Both the position numbers and the translations under genes were made by a program. A stretch of 32,000 bases of DNA from Prochlorococcus marinus subsp. pastoris str. CCMP1986. Lineage in GTDB: Bacteria > Cyanobacteriota > Cyanobacteriia > PCC-6307 > Cyanobiaceae. Positions 19,616 to 27,773 of this stretch are shown piece by piece. The notes beneath the pieces are model-generated. The model did no database searches. It saw only the letters and a program-made list of their open reading frames with translations, and was not told the origin of the DNA. The DNA is taken from contig NC_005072.1 of NCBI RefSeq assembly GCF_000011465.1, positions 600,001 through 632,000 on the forward strand, given 5' to 3'. Numbering within the stretch: the first letter of the stretch is position 1; the number at the start of each line of letters is the position of its first letter.

Positions 19616-20089
19616 ATGAGATTTATAATATTGATTATTTGCTCGATTACTTTAATCTTTCCATTGAGTTGTTTCGCAGCATTAGATTACGGTAAACAAT
19701 CATTATTAGGAACTGATTTTTCGGGATCTGATTTACAAGGTGCAACTTTCTATTTGACAGATTTACAGGATGCAAATTTGTCAGATTGTGATCTTCAAAA
19801 TGCAAGCTTATATGGAGCAAAATTAAAGGATACTAATTTAAGTAATTCTAATTTAAGAGAAGTTACTCTAGACTCCGCAGTGTTGGACGGAACTGATCTA
19901 ACAAATACTAATTTAGAGGATTCTTTTGCTTATAGTACACAATTTGAAAATGTAAAAATTCAAGGAGCAGATTTCACAAATGTCTACTTGCCAAAGGATG
20001 TTTTAAGGGAATTTTGTAAAGACGCCTCTGGAACTAATCCTTTTACTAATAGAGAAACTAGAGAAACTTTGGAATGCGATTATATTTAA
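19616..20089 (+). CDS. secreted pentapeptide-repeat protein
   Basis: Signal peptide IILIICSITLIFPLSCFAA, then repeated A(D/N)LxX units (DFSGSDLQGATFYLTDLQDANLSDCDLQNASLYGAKLKDTNLSNSNL). Confidence 0.9.
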   Translation: MRFIILIICSITLIFPLSCFAALDYGKQSLLGTDFSGSDLQGATFYLTDLQDANLSDCDLQNASLYGAKLKDTNLSNSNLREVTLDSAVLDGTDLTNTNLEDSFAYSTQFENVKIQGADFTNVYLPKDVLREFCKDASGTNPFTNRETRETLECDYI

Positions 20090-20090
20090 A

Positions 20091-20507
20091 CTAAACAAAT
20101 GAAAGTTCTTTCTTTATTGTTCTCTGTTTATAAAGTGATCGCCCCACAGGCCAACCTAAAGTAAATAAATGTCTTATTAAAGTATTTGAGTATCTGTAAT
20201 TTAATTTACTAGAAAAACTTATTTCCAATTCATTTAAAGTTTTTATTAATAAACTAAGGTCTTGCTTTTTACCTTTCTTTTTATCTAATAAAATCAAATC
20301 GCTACGCAGTAGCTTATTTTTCAGGATTCTATCATTTTCAGCAAAGCCTACTTCTATTGAATTAAACCTATCAGAATAAAGAGAATAAAGTATTCCAAAT
20401 TTAGATTTTTGAGGTACTAAATTTAAAGATGATGAAATAAATTTCCGATATTCTTTATTTAATTTTTTTGATACCATTTTATTTTTGTTCGTTTTGAGAA
20501 ATCTCAT
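20091..20507 (-). CDS. hypothetical basic protein, partner of the upstream RHH-like gene; possible remote GIY-YIG-like fold
   Basis: 138 aa; FGILYSLYSDRFNSIEVGFAENDRILKNKL...YRYSNTLIRHLFTLGWPVG; overlaps the upstream gene by 29 nt. Confidence 0.6.
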   Translation of the reverse strand: MRFLKTNKNKMVSKKLNKEYRKFISSSLNLVPQKSKFGILYSLYSDRFNSIEVGFAENDRILKNKLLRSDLILLDKKKGKKQDLSLLIKTLNELEISFSSKLNYRYSNTLIRHLFTLGWPVGRSLYKQRTIKKELSFV

Positions 20508-20976
20508 ATTTTTCTAATAAATTATTCACTTCTGCTAAGGCAATTCTTTTCTGACAAGCAGAATCATATCGATTAATTGCTATCGATGGAATCGAACCTT
20601 TGCTCTTCATTTCTCTTAGACCAGTTTCTAAACACTGAAATGCAACACTTGATAGATCGCGGCCTTCTGCAGCTGCCCAAACTTTTAAAAGATAATTGAG
20701 ATTTGAAGGAACGGATATTTGAACCTTGTTTGAATTAGAAGTATTTAAAGCAATGTCATCGAGGCTTATTTCTTTTGAGGATATAGTTTCTTTAACTTTT
20801 TTCTTTAAATTTCTAACTTGTCCTAATGCATCTTGATTGTTTTTAAATTTTCTCTCTATTTCAAATAAATCTTCTTCGGTATTAATTAAAGCTTCTAACG
20901 CCCACTTTGCGTCATCCTCCGCAATAGTTGTGCTCTTAAGCCATTCATCTCTAATGTAAGACCAATTCTTGGACAT
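20479..20976 (-). CDS. hypothetical protein with ribbon-helix-helix-like segment
   Basis: 165 aa; KVQISVPSNLNYLLKVWAAAEGRDLSSVAFQCLETGLREMKSKGSIP resembles an RHH beta-alpha-alpha unit. Confidence 0.62.
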   Translation of the reverse strand: MSKNWSYIRDEWLKSTTIAEDDAKWALEALINTEEDLFEIERKFKNNQDALGQVRNLKKKVKETISSKEISLDDIALNTSNSNKVQISVPSNLNYLLKVWAAAEGRDLSSVAFQCLETGLREMKSKGSIPSIAINRYDSACQKRIALAEVNNLLEKYEISQNEQK

Positions 20977-21166
20977 AAATTCTTAGCTATAATCTAAGAA
21001 TAGTTTAATCTATTTAAATTGTCTATAGATTCTATTCAGAATATGTTTAGACTGTAGTATTTATATCAGCATTATAAATTTTTTAAAAAACAATAACTTT
21101 TTTCTAATCTGATTAAGAATTTCGACCTTTGGGACGACACACAGTTCTATGCAAATAAAAATAGCT

Positions 21167-21544
21167 TTAAGGATCAAAGTCTTTACATCTTGATCTTTCG
21201 TTTTCGTAATCTTTGATTGCATTATCCCATTCTGATAAATCTGCATCTTTCCTAAAAATATATAAATCCATTTGCTTGGAATAATTTAGTGATTCAATCC
21301 AACTATTCATTGAGGAATTACAAAAAATTATACTTCCAAATTTGTCATAGTCTATAGAATCCCTTTTTGCAGCAAATTCCGCATTTGCACGTTTCTTATC
21401 TAATTCTTTATATTTCAAATCCTCAATAGTAGGTTTTGAAAAAATTAAGGATGCTTTTTTCTCTAAGTTTAAATATATAAGAAGGCATCCTCCCATAAAA
21501 ATAAGAATAGCCACTCTAATTAGCCAAGTTATAGCTTTATCCAT
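21167..21544 (-). CDS. hypothetical protein with N-terminal transmembrane helix
   Basis: 125 aa; WLIRVAILIFMGGCLLIYLN then soluble domain. Confidence 0.7.
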   Translation of the reverse strand: MDKAITWLIRVAILIFMGGCLLIYLNLEKKASLIFSKPTIEDLKYKELDKKRANAEFAAKRDSIDYDKFGSIIFCNSSMNSWIESLNYSKQMDLYIFRKDADLSEWDNAIKDYENERSRCKDFDP

Positions 21545-21734
21545 TAATACTTAATTTTGTCTTGACACGGCAAAGTAAAAACAAGAAACCCTTCCAGAAA
21601 TTCCCACTACCAGAAGGGTTATTAAATTGAATACACTACTATACGTAATCAATCTATGTCTTGGAGTTAAACATATATTCAACTCATTGAGGTTTGGCCT
21701 CAATTAATTTATAGCAAAATAATTAGAAACCAAC

Positions 21735-21887
21735 CTATTTATTTACTACTTTTCCTCCATACTGTCTAACTATTTTATCTAACAAAATACGCATATCTTT
21801 ATTTTTAAGTTTCTCTATTTGCTGCAAATTTTCAAGAAGATCACATATTTGATCCTGTGTATCTTCATTTAATTCAGAAATTGCCAT
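21735..21887 (-). CDS. unannotated 50-aa protein immediately downstream of gloA
   Basis: Hand-read ORF MAISELNEDTQDQICDLLENLQQIEKLKNKDMRILLDKIVRQYGGKVVNK*, ATG 2 nt after the gloA stop. Confidence 0.6.
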   Translation of the reverse strand: MAISELNEDTQDQICDLLENLQQIEKLKNKDMRILLDKIVRQYGGKVVNK

Positions 21888-21889
21888 AA

Positions 21890-22279
21890 CTAATCTCTTT
21901 CAATAAGTTCAATCTTATATCCATCAGGATCTTCAACAAATGCAAGAACAGTTGTGCTGTTTTTCATCGTTTTTGGTTTAGTCGTAACATTACAGCCGTT
22001 ATCTTCTAATCCCTGGCAAATGTCATATATATCTTTTACACCAATAGCGATATGTCCATACTTATTTCCAAGCTCGTAGTCTTCTGATTTCTTGCTCCAA
22101 TTATGAGTCAACTCAATTACTGCATTATCTTTCTCAGAACCATAGCCAACAAAAGCTAAAGTAAATTCTCCATGAGGATAATCTTTCCTTCTTATAAGAT
22201 TCATCCCTAATATATTTACATAAAAATCAATAGACTTATCTAAATCACCAACTCTCAACATGGTGTGTAAAATTCTCAT
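21890..22279 (-). CDS. gloA: lactoylglutathione lyase (glyoxalase I)
   Basis: RILHTMLRVGDLDKSIDFYVNILGMNLIRRKDYP...YGHIAIGV...AFVEDPDGYKIELIE. Confidence 0.95.
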   Translation of the reverse strand: MRILHTMLRVGDLDKSIDFYVNILGMNLIRRKDYPHGEFTLAFVGYGSEKDNAVIELTHNWSKKSEDYELGNKYGHIAIGVKDIYDICQGLEDNGCNVTTKPKTMKNSTTVLAFVEDPDGYKIELIERD

Positions 22280-22369
22280 TTAAAGTTTAATTGTTTATAT
22301 ACAATGATATTTAGTAAAGTTGGTTTTTAGGAAAATACGTTAAATTAAATATTAAAGAGTAGGTTTTAA

Positions 22370-22804
22370 TTGAATCAAATAATTCAACGAGCAACTTCAG
22401 TTATTTTTTATACTTTGCCATTAAAGGCTTCATTGCCTTTTGGATACTATTTATTATATAAATTTTCTTTTTTAAAAGTACTTTTATTTCTCACATTCCC
22501 TGTCGCGATAATTGAAAGATCCTTACCTTTTGGGGGTTTATTATTCTTTATAATATTGTTTGCAGGAGTTGTAAGAAATCCAAATGTCCCCTATTTCATA
22601 AGATATAACGCTTGCCAAGCATTACTCCTTGATATTGCCTTGATCATAATTAGTTATCTATTACGTATTTTGCCTTTAGTTGAATTTGGTTCAATAGTAT
22701 TTGTATTTTCACTATCTATTTTTATTTTTTCTATCTTCCAGTGTATTAATGGCGTTGAACCCGAAATACCGTTTATTAGCAAATCTGTAAGAATGCAAAT
22801 TTGA
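22370..22804 (+). CDS. Tic20 family membrane protein
   Basis: Multi-TM; VVRNPNVPYFIRYNACQALLLDIALIIISYLL is typical of Tic20/Ycf60. Confidence 0.85.
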   Translation: MNQIIQRATSVIFYTLPLKASLPFGYYLLYKFSFLKVLLFLTFPVAIIERSLPFGGLLFFIILFAGVVRNPNVPYFIRYNACQALLLDIALIIISYLLRILPLVEFGSIVFVFSLSIFIFSIFQCINGVEPEIPFISKSVRMQI

Positions 22805-22838
22805 ATACCTTCATAAATTTTTGTTTACTTGCGAATTT

Positions 22839-23168
22839 TTAACATTCATTGAAAATAGATTCCCATCTTTTTTGACTAAATTTTATAGCTTCCAACGGTG
22901 GTTCTGTTCCTCCTACTTCAAATGCTTTAATTAAGGATTTATTAGCTAATAATCCTAACCTTGCAGCTTCTCTCTGTCTTGAACATACATTTTTTCTAGA
23001 ACCATCTTTGAGATTAGTTTCTATTTCTTTGAGAATTTTACTGGCTTCATTTGATTTAGAGTAAAAATCATTCATATAAACATCAAGAGGTGTTTCAGCT
23101 AGTGTTTTATTTGGTGAAAAGATGAAAGTTAGCAAAATTAAAAAAGAGATAATGATAAATCTGCTCAT
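22839..23168 (-). CDS. hypothetical secreted protein
   Basis: 109 aa with signal peptide (IIISFLILLTFIFSPNKTLAE). Confidence 0.72.
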   Translation of the reverse strand: MSRFIIISFLILLTFIFSPNKTLAETPLDVYMNDFYSKSNEASKILKEIETNLKDGSRKNVCSRQREAARLGLLANKSLIKAFEVGGTEPPLEAIKFSQKRWESIFNEC

Positions 23169-23761
23169 TTCAAAATCTTAGATAATTTATTTTTTGACCT
23201 TTTTAATACTAAATAAAAAGTTATTACACTAATAGTCCCTGATGGGCCAATAAAAACATGCCAAATTTGATTTCCAGTTATTGATAGATTTGTTCCAAAG
23301 AAAGTTGTAAAAAGAATGCCAAATATTGGGTAAGCAATGAAGATCCAATCTTTAAACATTCGTTGCCAATTTATAATCAAGAATATACTAATAATTACTT
23401 GTAAAGAGAGAGCGATCGTTTTATCTATTAATAAATAGGAAACTATTGAGCAAAAACAAAGGAAGATATTTGTTCCAATAGCAAATTTATTTTTAATAAC
23501 TGATATGGTAAAACTTGTTAAGCCTAATGCAAGAAAAGTATAAAAAAACCAATTAAAGAGAGAAGAATGATCTATATAAATCCAATTTGTTTTTGTATGA
23601 TCAATCATCTCAAACATTGAGGCTAAACCTAAAAAAATAAAACCAAAGGGAATAAGAATATGGTTTTTAATATTTTTAAATTTATTAATTGATTTAATTC
23701 CAAAAATTATTGGAACAATTACTGCTTGCAAATGTGCAGAAAATAAGAGAAAGAAAAACAA
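23165..23761 (-). CDS. hypothetical multi-TM membrane protein
   Basis: 198 aa with repeated hydrophobic helices; 4-nt overlap with the downstream gene. Confidence 0.7.
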   Translation of the reverse strand: MFFFLLFSAHLQAVIVPIIFGIKSINKFKNIKNHILIPFGFIFLGLASMFEMIDHTKTNWIYIDHSSLFNWFFYTFLALGLTSFTISVIKNKFAIGTNIFLCFCSIVSYLLIDKTIALSLQVIISIFLIINWQRMFKDWIFIAYPIFGILFTTFFGTNLSITGNQIWHVFIGPSGTISVITFYLVLKRSKNKLSKILK

Positions 23762-23817
23762 ATTTATTTAAATATCCTCAACTTAATTTAAATTCAAATT
23801 TAATATGAAGGTGTAAA

Positions 23818-24030
23818 TTATCTCAAAAGAGAAATATACCATTGCCCAACCAAGACAATTAATAATGTGAGAACCAAGGGAAAAGCAGGATAGCGAGTTT
23901 GGAAATTTGCTGGTGGCCAAGGAGACCATGAGATTAATCTACCTTTGGGTTCTTTTGAAGTAATTATTTTTTTTGTTTTATTGGTACTTTGTGTTTTTGT
24001 TGCAAATCCTTTTCCCATAGCTATTGCCAA
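23818..24030 (-). CDS. hypothetical small single-TM protein
   Basis: 70 aa; soluble N-terminus, SWSPWPPANFQTRYPAFPLVLTLLIVLVGQWYISLLR. Confidence 0.62.
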   Translation of the reverse strand: MAIAMGKGFATKTQSTNKTKKIITSKEPKGRLISWSPWPPANFQTRYPAFPLVLTLLIVLVGQWYISLLR

Positions 24031-24122
24031 AAATTAACTCTAACAAAAACAAAAATAAACAGTGTATTTAAAACCAAATAAGATCTGTATTGGATTACCA
24101 TTTGAATAGTCTTGTTTTTAAT

Positions 24123-24326
24123 ATGGGAGAAGCTAAAAGAAGGAAAGATTTGGGTTTACCACCTAGAGAAAAAGAATTTGTTTTACCCGAATTTAATAAA
24201 GATAAGGTCAAGCAGAAAGTTAGAAATACTTTATATAAATATCCGATTATTCCTTTCGTATTTTATGGTGTTGCAATTGTTATCCTTTTTGTTGGCGTAT
24301 TTGGTGTCATTAAATACTATAAGTAA
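24123..24326 (+). CDS. DUF2839-like small membrane protein
   Basis: MGEAKRRKDLGLPPREKE...FVFYGVAIVILFVGVFGVIKYY; the MGEAKRRK start is at 24123, inside the tracked ORF. Confidence 0.8.
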   Translation: MGEAKRRKDLGLPPREKEFVLPEFNKDKVKQKVRNTLYKYPIIPFVFYGVAIVILFVGVFGVIKYYK

Positions 24327-24355
24327 TGATTGATTATTTTTTTGAATAAATAATA

Positions 24356-24646
24356 ATGTGGGAATTAGAAAAGATTGCAAAAGTTTTAAAATATAGAATG
24401 TTGAAATCAGAAGAAGGATTAGATAATAAACCCTCTATATTATTCTGTGGAATGGATTCCTATCAAAAGAGAGATCTTCACAGCGAAGCAAAAAAAGCAG
24501 GATTCAAACCTGTATATTCAATGAAGCATCCATCAATAAAAGTCTTAATGCAAAGGTCATCATCAAGAAAAATAGAAACTGATAAGTACAAAACGACCAC
24601 TATCGACATAGAACATTTTTGGTATATGTGTAGACATCTTTTATGA
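24356..24646 (+). CDS. hypothetical protein
   Basis: 96 aa ORF, MWELEKIAKVLKYRMLKSEEGLDNKPSILFCGMDSYQKRDLHSEAKKAGFKPVYSMKH. Confidence 0.6.
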   Translation: MWELEKIAKVLKYRMLKSEEGLDNKPSILFCGMDSYQKRDLHSEAKKAGFKPVYSMKHPSIKVLMQRSSSRKIETDKYKTTTIDIEHFWYMCRHLL

Positions 24647-24954
24647 AAAATGATTTATTAATATTCAGATTAATGAAGCAAGCGCGCTAAGAGTTAATCA
24701 ATAAAACCTTAAGATCAAAAAATAAGTAGTTCTATTATCTAAATATAAATCCGTAACTTGGTAAGTCATCCTCAGACTCTAAAGAAAACTAGAATTTAAA
24801 CAATCAGTAGTAGATCAATAGTAAAAGTCACAACAAGATCCCTTCAAAGTTTCAGTTTAACTATGCTTACTAAATCAATTGGTTAAAATAAAATAAATAA
24901 TTTTTTTCGAGAGAATAACTTAATTTCAAATAATTAAAAGGTAACTTTGACAAA

Positions 24955-25677
24955 ATGGCAACTAGAATAAATAAATATTTAAGTGAAGTCGGCTACTGCT
25001 CTAGAAGAGTAGCAGATAGTCTAATTGAAGAAGGAAAAGTAACTATTAATGGTGAAATTCCAGAAATGGGTACCAAGGTAGAGGAAGGAGATCAAGTAGA
25101 AGTTGAAGGTCAAAGAATTGAAAAATCAATGAAACATGAAAAAATATACTTAGTTTTTAATAAACCTGTTGGAATTGTTTGCACAACCGATAGAAGAGTA
25201 GAATCCGACAATATAATAGATTTTATTAAATATCCCACAAGAATTTTTCCAATTGGAAGATTGGATAAGCCCAGTGAGGGATTAATTTTCTTAACTAACG
25301 ATGGCGATATCGTAAATAAAATACTCAGAGCAAGAAATAATCATGAAAAAGAATACATAGTAAGCGTTAATCGACCGATTAATAGAGACTTTATTCAAAG
25401 CATGAGTAATGGCGTTGAAATATTAGGTACCATTACTAAGAATTGTTTCGTAAAACAATTGGGGCCAAAAAAATTCAGAATCATACTCACTCAAGGACTT
25501 AACCGTCAGATTAGGAGAATGTGTGAGTCTTTAGGATTCAGAGTAAAATCATTAAAGCGTGTAAGAATTATGAATATTAAGTTAGACGTATCAATAGGAG
25601 AATATCGCGAATTTACCAAAGAAGAACTCTTTGAATTGAATAAATTACTCGAAAACTCTTCAAAAACATATGACTAA
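24955..25677 (+). CDS. rluF: RluF/RsuA-type rRNA pseudouridine synthase
   Basis: S4 domain RINKYLSEVGYCSRRVADSLIEEGKVTING; IFPIGRLDKPSEGLIFLTNDGD; QGLNRQIRRMCESLGFRVKSLKRVRI. Confidence 0.9.
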   Translation: MATRINKYLSEVGYCSRRVADSLIEEGKVTINGEIPEMGTKVEEGDQVEVEGQRIEKSMKHEKIYLVFNKPVGIVCTTDRRVESDNIIDFIKYPTRIFPIGRLDKPSEGLIFLTNDGDIVNKILRARNNHEKEYIVSVNRPINRDFIQSMSNGVEILGTITKNCFVKQLGPKKFRIILTQGLNRQIRRMCESLGFRVKSLKRVRIMNIKLDVSIGEYREFTKEELFELNKLLENSSKTYD

Positions 25678-25756
25678 TCAAAAAGCCTATATTTCCAATA
25701 AAAAAGTGCTTTTGGTTTTCCAAAAACACAAGTTAAATTTGCTTGTCTATTAATTA

Positions 25757-25846
<90 letters not shown>

Positions 25847-26012
25847 AGGTGAAAAATATTAAATTTTTAACGTTATTATTATAGCAAAAGAAGGTTAATT
25901 TTTTAGGGAACTTTTGTGAAACACGTGTATAATTTTATATGAAATCGGTTGATATAACTAGATATCAATCTAGTTTTCAAGAAATATATGACATTAAAGA
26001 AGTCAATAAATT

Positions 26013-26762
26013 ATGAAAACATATCTAGAAGAGAGACTTGAATGGTACGACCACAATTACAGAATAGGAAATTCCTTAATTACAGATAAACAATTTGATC
26101 AGTTAGAAAAAAATCTTTTAAGAATAGATCCTGATTGTGATTACTTCACTAATAAAAAATCTCTCCCATTACCTTCATTAAAAAAGAATTCTATTGATGA
26201 ATTTTTAGAAGGATTGCTACCTGATACTCGATTATTAATAGAACCTAAGATTGATGGCATTGCTATTGCTTTGCAATACAGAGATGGCACTTTAGAAAAG
26301 TCCATTTCTAGAAAAGGTATAGATGTCACAAACAAAATTGCTGAAATTCAAGACATTCCCCTCAAACTTCCTGTTTCAGGAATTTTGCAAATTAGAGGCG
26401 AACTTTTCACTCCAAATAGATCTCCCAACTTTTCCCAAAGAATTGCATCAGGCTTCGTCCGAGCTGCAGCAGGGTCTCCAGAAGGTATCAGCTTTTGCGG
26501 TTTCCAAATTATTAATGGAAAGCTTAATCAATACGAAACCATTCAATATCTTAAAAAACTTGGCTTCAACACCCCAGACATTAAAAGCTGTAATTACACA
26601 AGCCAAGTCCAAGTCTTTAGGAAACAATGGTTAGATAAAAAAATATTTACTGAATATCCAACTGACGGAATAGTAGTCAAAATAAATTCTAGAAAATTAC
26701 AATTAATTAGAGAGAAATCAAAGATTGATTATCCTCACTGGCAGATCGCCATAAAGGATTAA
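26013..26762 (+). CDS. stand-alone NAD+-dependent DNA ligase adenylation (nucleotidyltransferase) domain protein
   Basis: Ia-like LEERLEWYDHNYRIGNSLITDKQFDQLEKNL; motif I EPKIDG; RGELF; FVRAAAGSPEGI; PTDGIVVKI; ends PHWQIAIKD* at the motif V position. Confidence 0.85.
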   Translation: MKTYLEERLEWYDHNYRIGNSLITDKQFDQLEKNLLRIDPDCDYFTNKKSLPLPSLKKNSIDEFLEGLLPDTRLLIEPKIDGIAIALQYRDGTLEKSISRKGIDVTNKIAEIQDIPLKLPVSGILQIRGELFTPNRSPNFSQRIASGFVRAAAGSPEGISFCGFQIINGKLNQYETIQYLKKLGFNTPDIKSCNYTSQVQVFRKQWLDKKIFTEYPTDGIVVKINSRKLQLIREKSKIDYPHWQIAIKD

Positions 26763-26783
26763 TGTTGTTTTTTGGAATAGGTA

Positions 26784-26803
26784 AAAAAGGAGATCTTCTT
26801 TTT
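26784..26803 (+). terminator. possible weak intrinsic terminator of the ligase-like gene
   Basis: AAAAAGGA-GATC-TTCTTTTT hairpin, nested in a 12-bp inverted repeat (26762-26773 / 26821-26832). Confidence 0.35.
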
Positions 26804-26919
26804 AAAGACTCGTTATAAAGAAAAAACAACATGTAGCTGCGAGTGATCACTACACAAAAGTTGAAAAATGCTAGAGCCACACAAATAGGGCAATGTGGAA
26901 ATCCCATTAAAATTACGTT

Positions 26920-27024
26920 CTAAAGTTTGTTTTTCATTCTGTCTATAATGTTTATCATTTCATCTAGCCATTCTGAATTACTTTTTGACTGTCTCTTATG
27001 ATTTTGACTTCTTTGAATACTCAT
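26920..27024 (-). CDS. unannotated 34-aa basic microprotein
   Basis: Hand-read ORF MSIQRSQNHKRQSKSNSEWLDEMINIIDRMKNKL*. Confidence 0.4.
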   Translation of the reverse strand: MSIQRSQNHKRQSKSNSEWLDEMINIIDRMKNKL

Positions 27025-27255
27025 AAAATAAACCTTTTATAAATTTAGTTTATATTATTGGAAGAATTTATTGGGATCAATAAGCAAAAATACTAGATTG
27101 ATTGATATGACTTAGTTCTATTAATAAATCTATACAATTAATAAAAAAGGAACATAGGGGGTACTATTCGATATTAATCTTCATGAGGGAACTAAAGAAC
27201 AGGTTATTGTTTTTTTCAATGAAGAAGATATTAGATTACTTATTATCAAAATGAA

Positions 27256-27405
27256 TTAGCCAAAATTAACATTTTGTTGAAATATCCCAAATAAATTATT
27301 ACCAACTATGGCAGCAATAATTAAAACAAAGGCTACTATCGCAAAAAGAGCACTTACATCTTTAATATCATAAGGAGTTTTAAATAGAGGTTTTTCCTCT
27401 GTCAT
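27256..27405 (-). CDS. unannotated 49-aa single-TM microprotein
   Basis: Hand-read ORF MTEEKPLFKTPYDIKDVSALFAIVAFVLIIAAIVGNNLFGIFQQNVNFG*; purine-rich region upstream. Confidence 0.6.
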   Translation of the reverse strand: MTEEKPLFKTPYDIKDVSALFAIVAFVLIIAAIVGNNLFGIFQQNVNFG

Positions 27406-27531
27406 GATTTTCCTCTTAAGGTTTAATATTTAATCATCTTATATCATTGTTTGAAAGTACAATTGAGTATTTCTTCGCTTGACTTCAGATGTTGACTCGT
27501 TTTATAGAGTAACTAGTTACAAAGGAAGGTT

Positions 27532-27696
27532 ATGAAACTTACAACACCTTTTACTATCCTCAATAATTCACTGAATGACATATGGAGGATGCACGATTTT
27601 AATTATCAATTACCAAAAGATACTTTTAATGAGTACTGGGATGAGGAATGTATTTTGCATCCTACAAATTCTCATTGTAAAATTTATGATGGTTAG
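27532..27696 (+). CDS. unannotated 54-aa protein
   Basis: Hand-read ORF MKLTTPFTILNNSLNDIWRMHDFNYQLPKDTFNEYWDEECILHPTNSHCKIYDG* with AAAGGAAGG upstream. Confidence 0.6.
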   Translation: MKLTTPFTILNNSLNDIWRMHDFNYQLPKDTFNEYWDEECILHPTNSHCKIYDG

Positions 27697-27728
27697 TTAT
27701 AAATTGAGATTCGGATATTTTGAGCCAT

Positions 27729-27757
27729 AAAAAAGGCCACGTAACGTGGCCTTTTTT
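27729..27757. terminator. bidirectional intrinsic terminator between convergent small genes
   Basis: AAAAAAGGCCACG-TAA-CGTGGCCTTTTTT: 13-bp perfect stem, GC core, T tract on both strands. Confidence 0.9.
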
Positions 27758-27773
27758 TATTTTTGTATAGTAA

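Noticed and set aside
21061-21246. 61-aa + strand ORF
   Set aside because: Overlaps the end of the minus-strand 125-aa gene; poor composition and no motif.
24112-24333. 73-aa + strand ORF in another frame
   Set aside because: Same strand, alternate frame of the DUF2839 gene, whose MGEAKRRK sequence is the recognised one.
26141-26907. ORFs 26141-26335 (-), 26323-26634 (+) and 26707-26907 (-)
   Set aside because: Alternate-frame or antisense to the ligase-like gene or its hairpin-containing 3' flank; no domain support.
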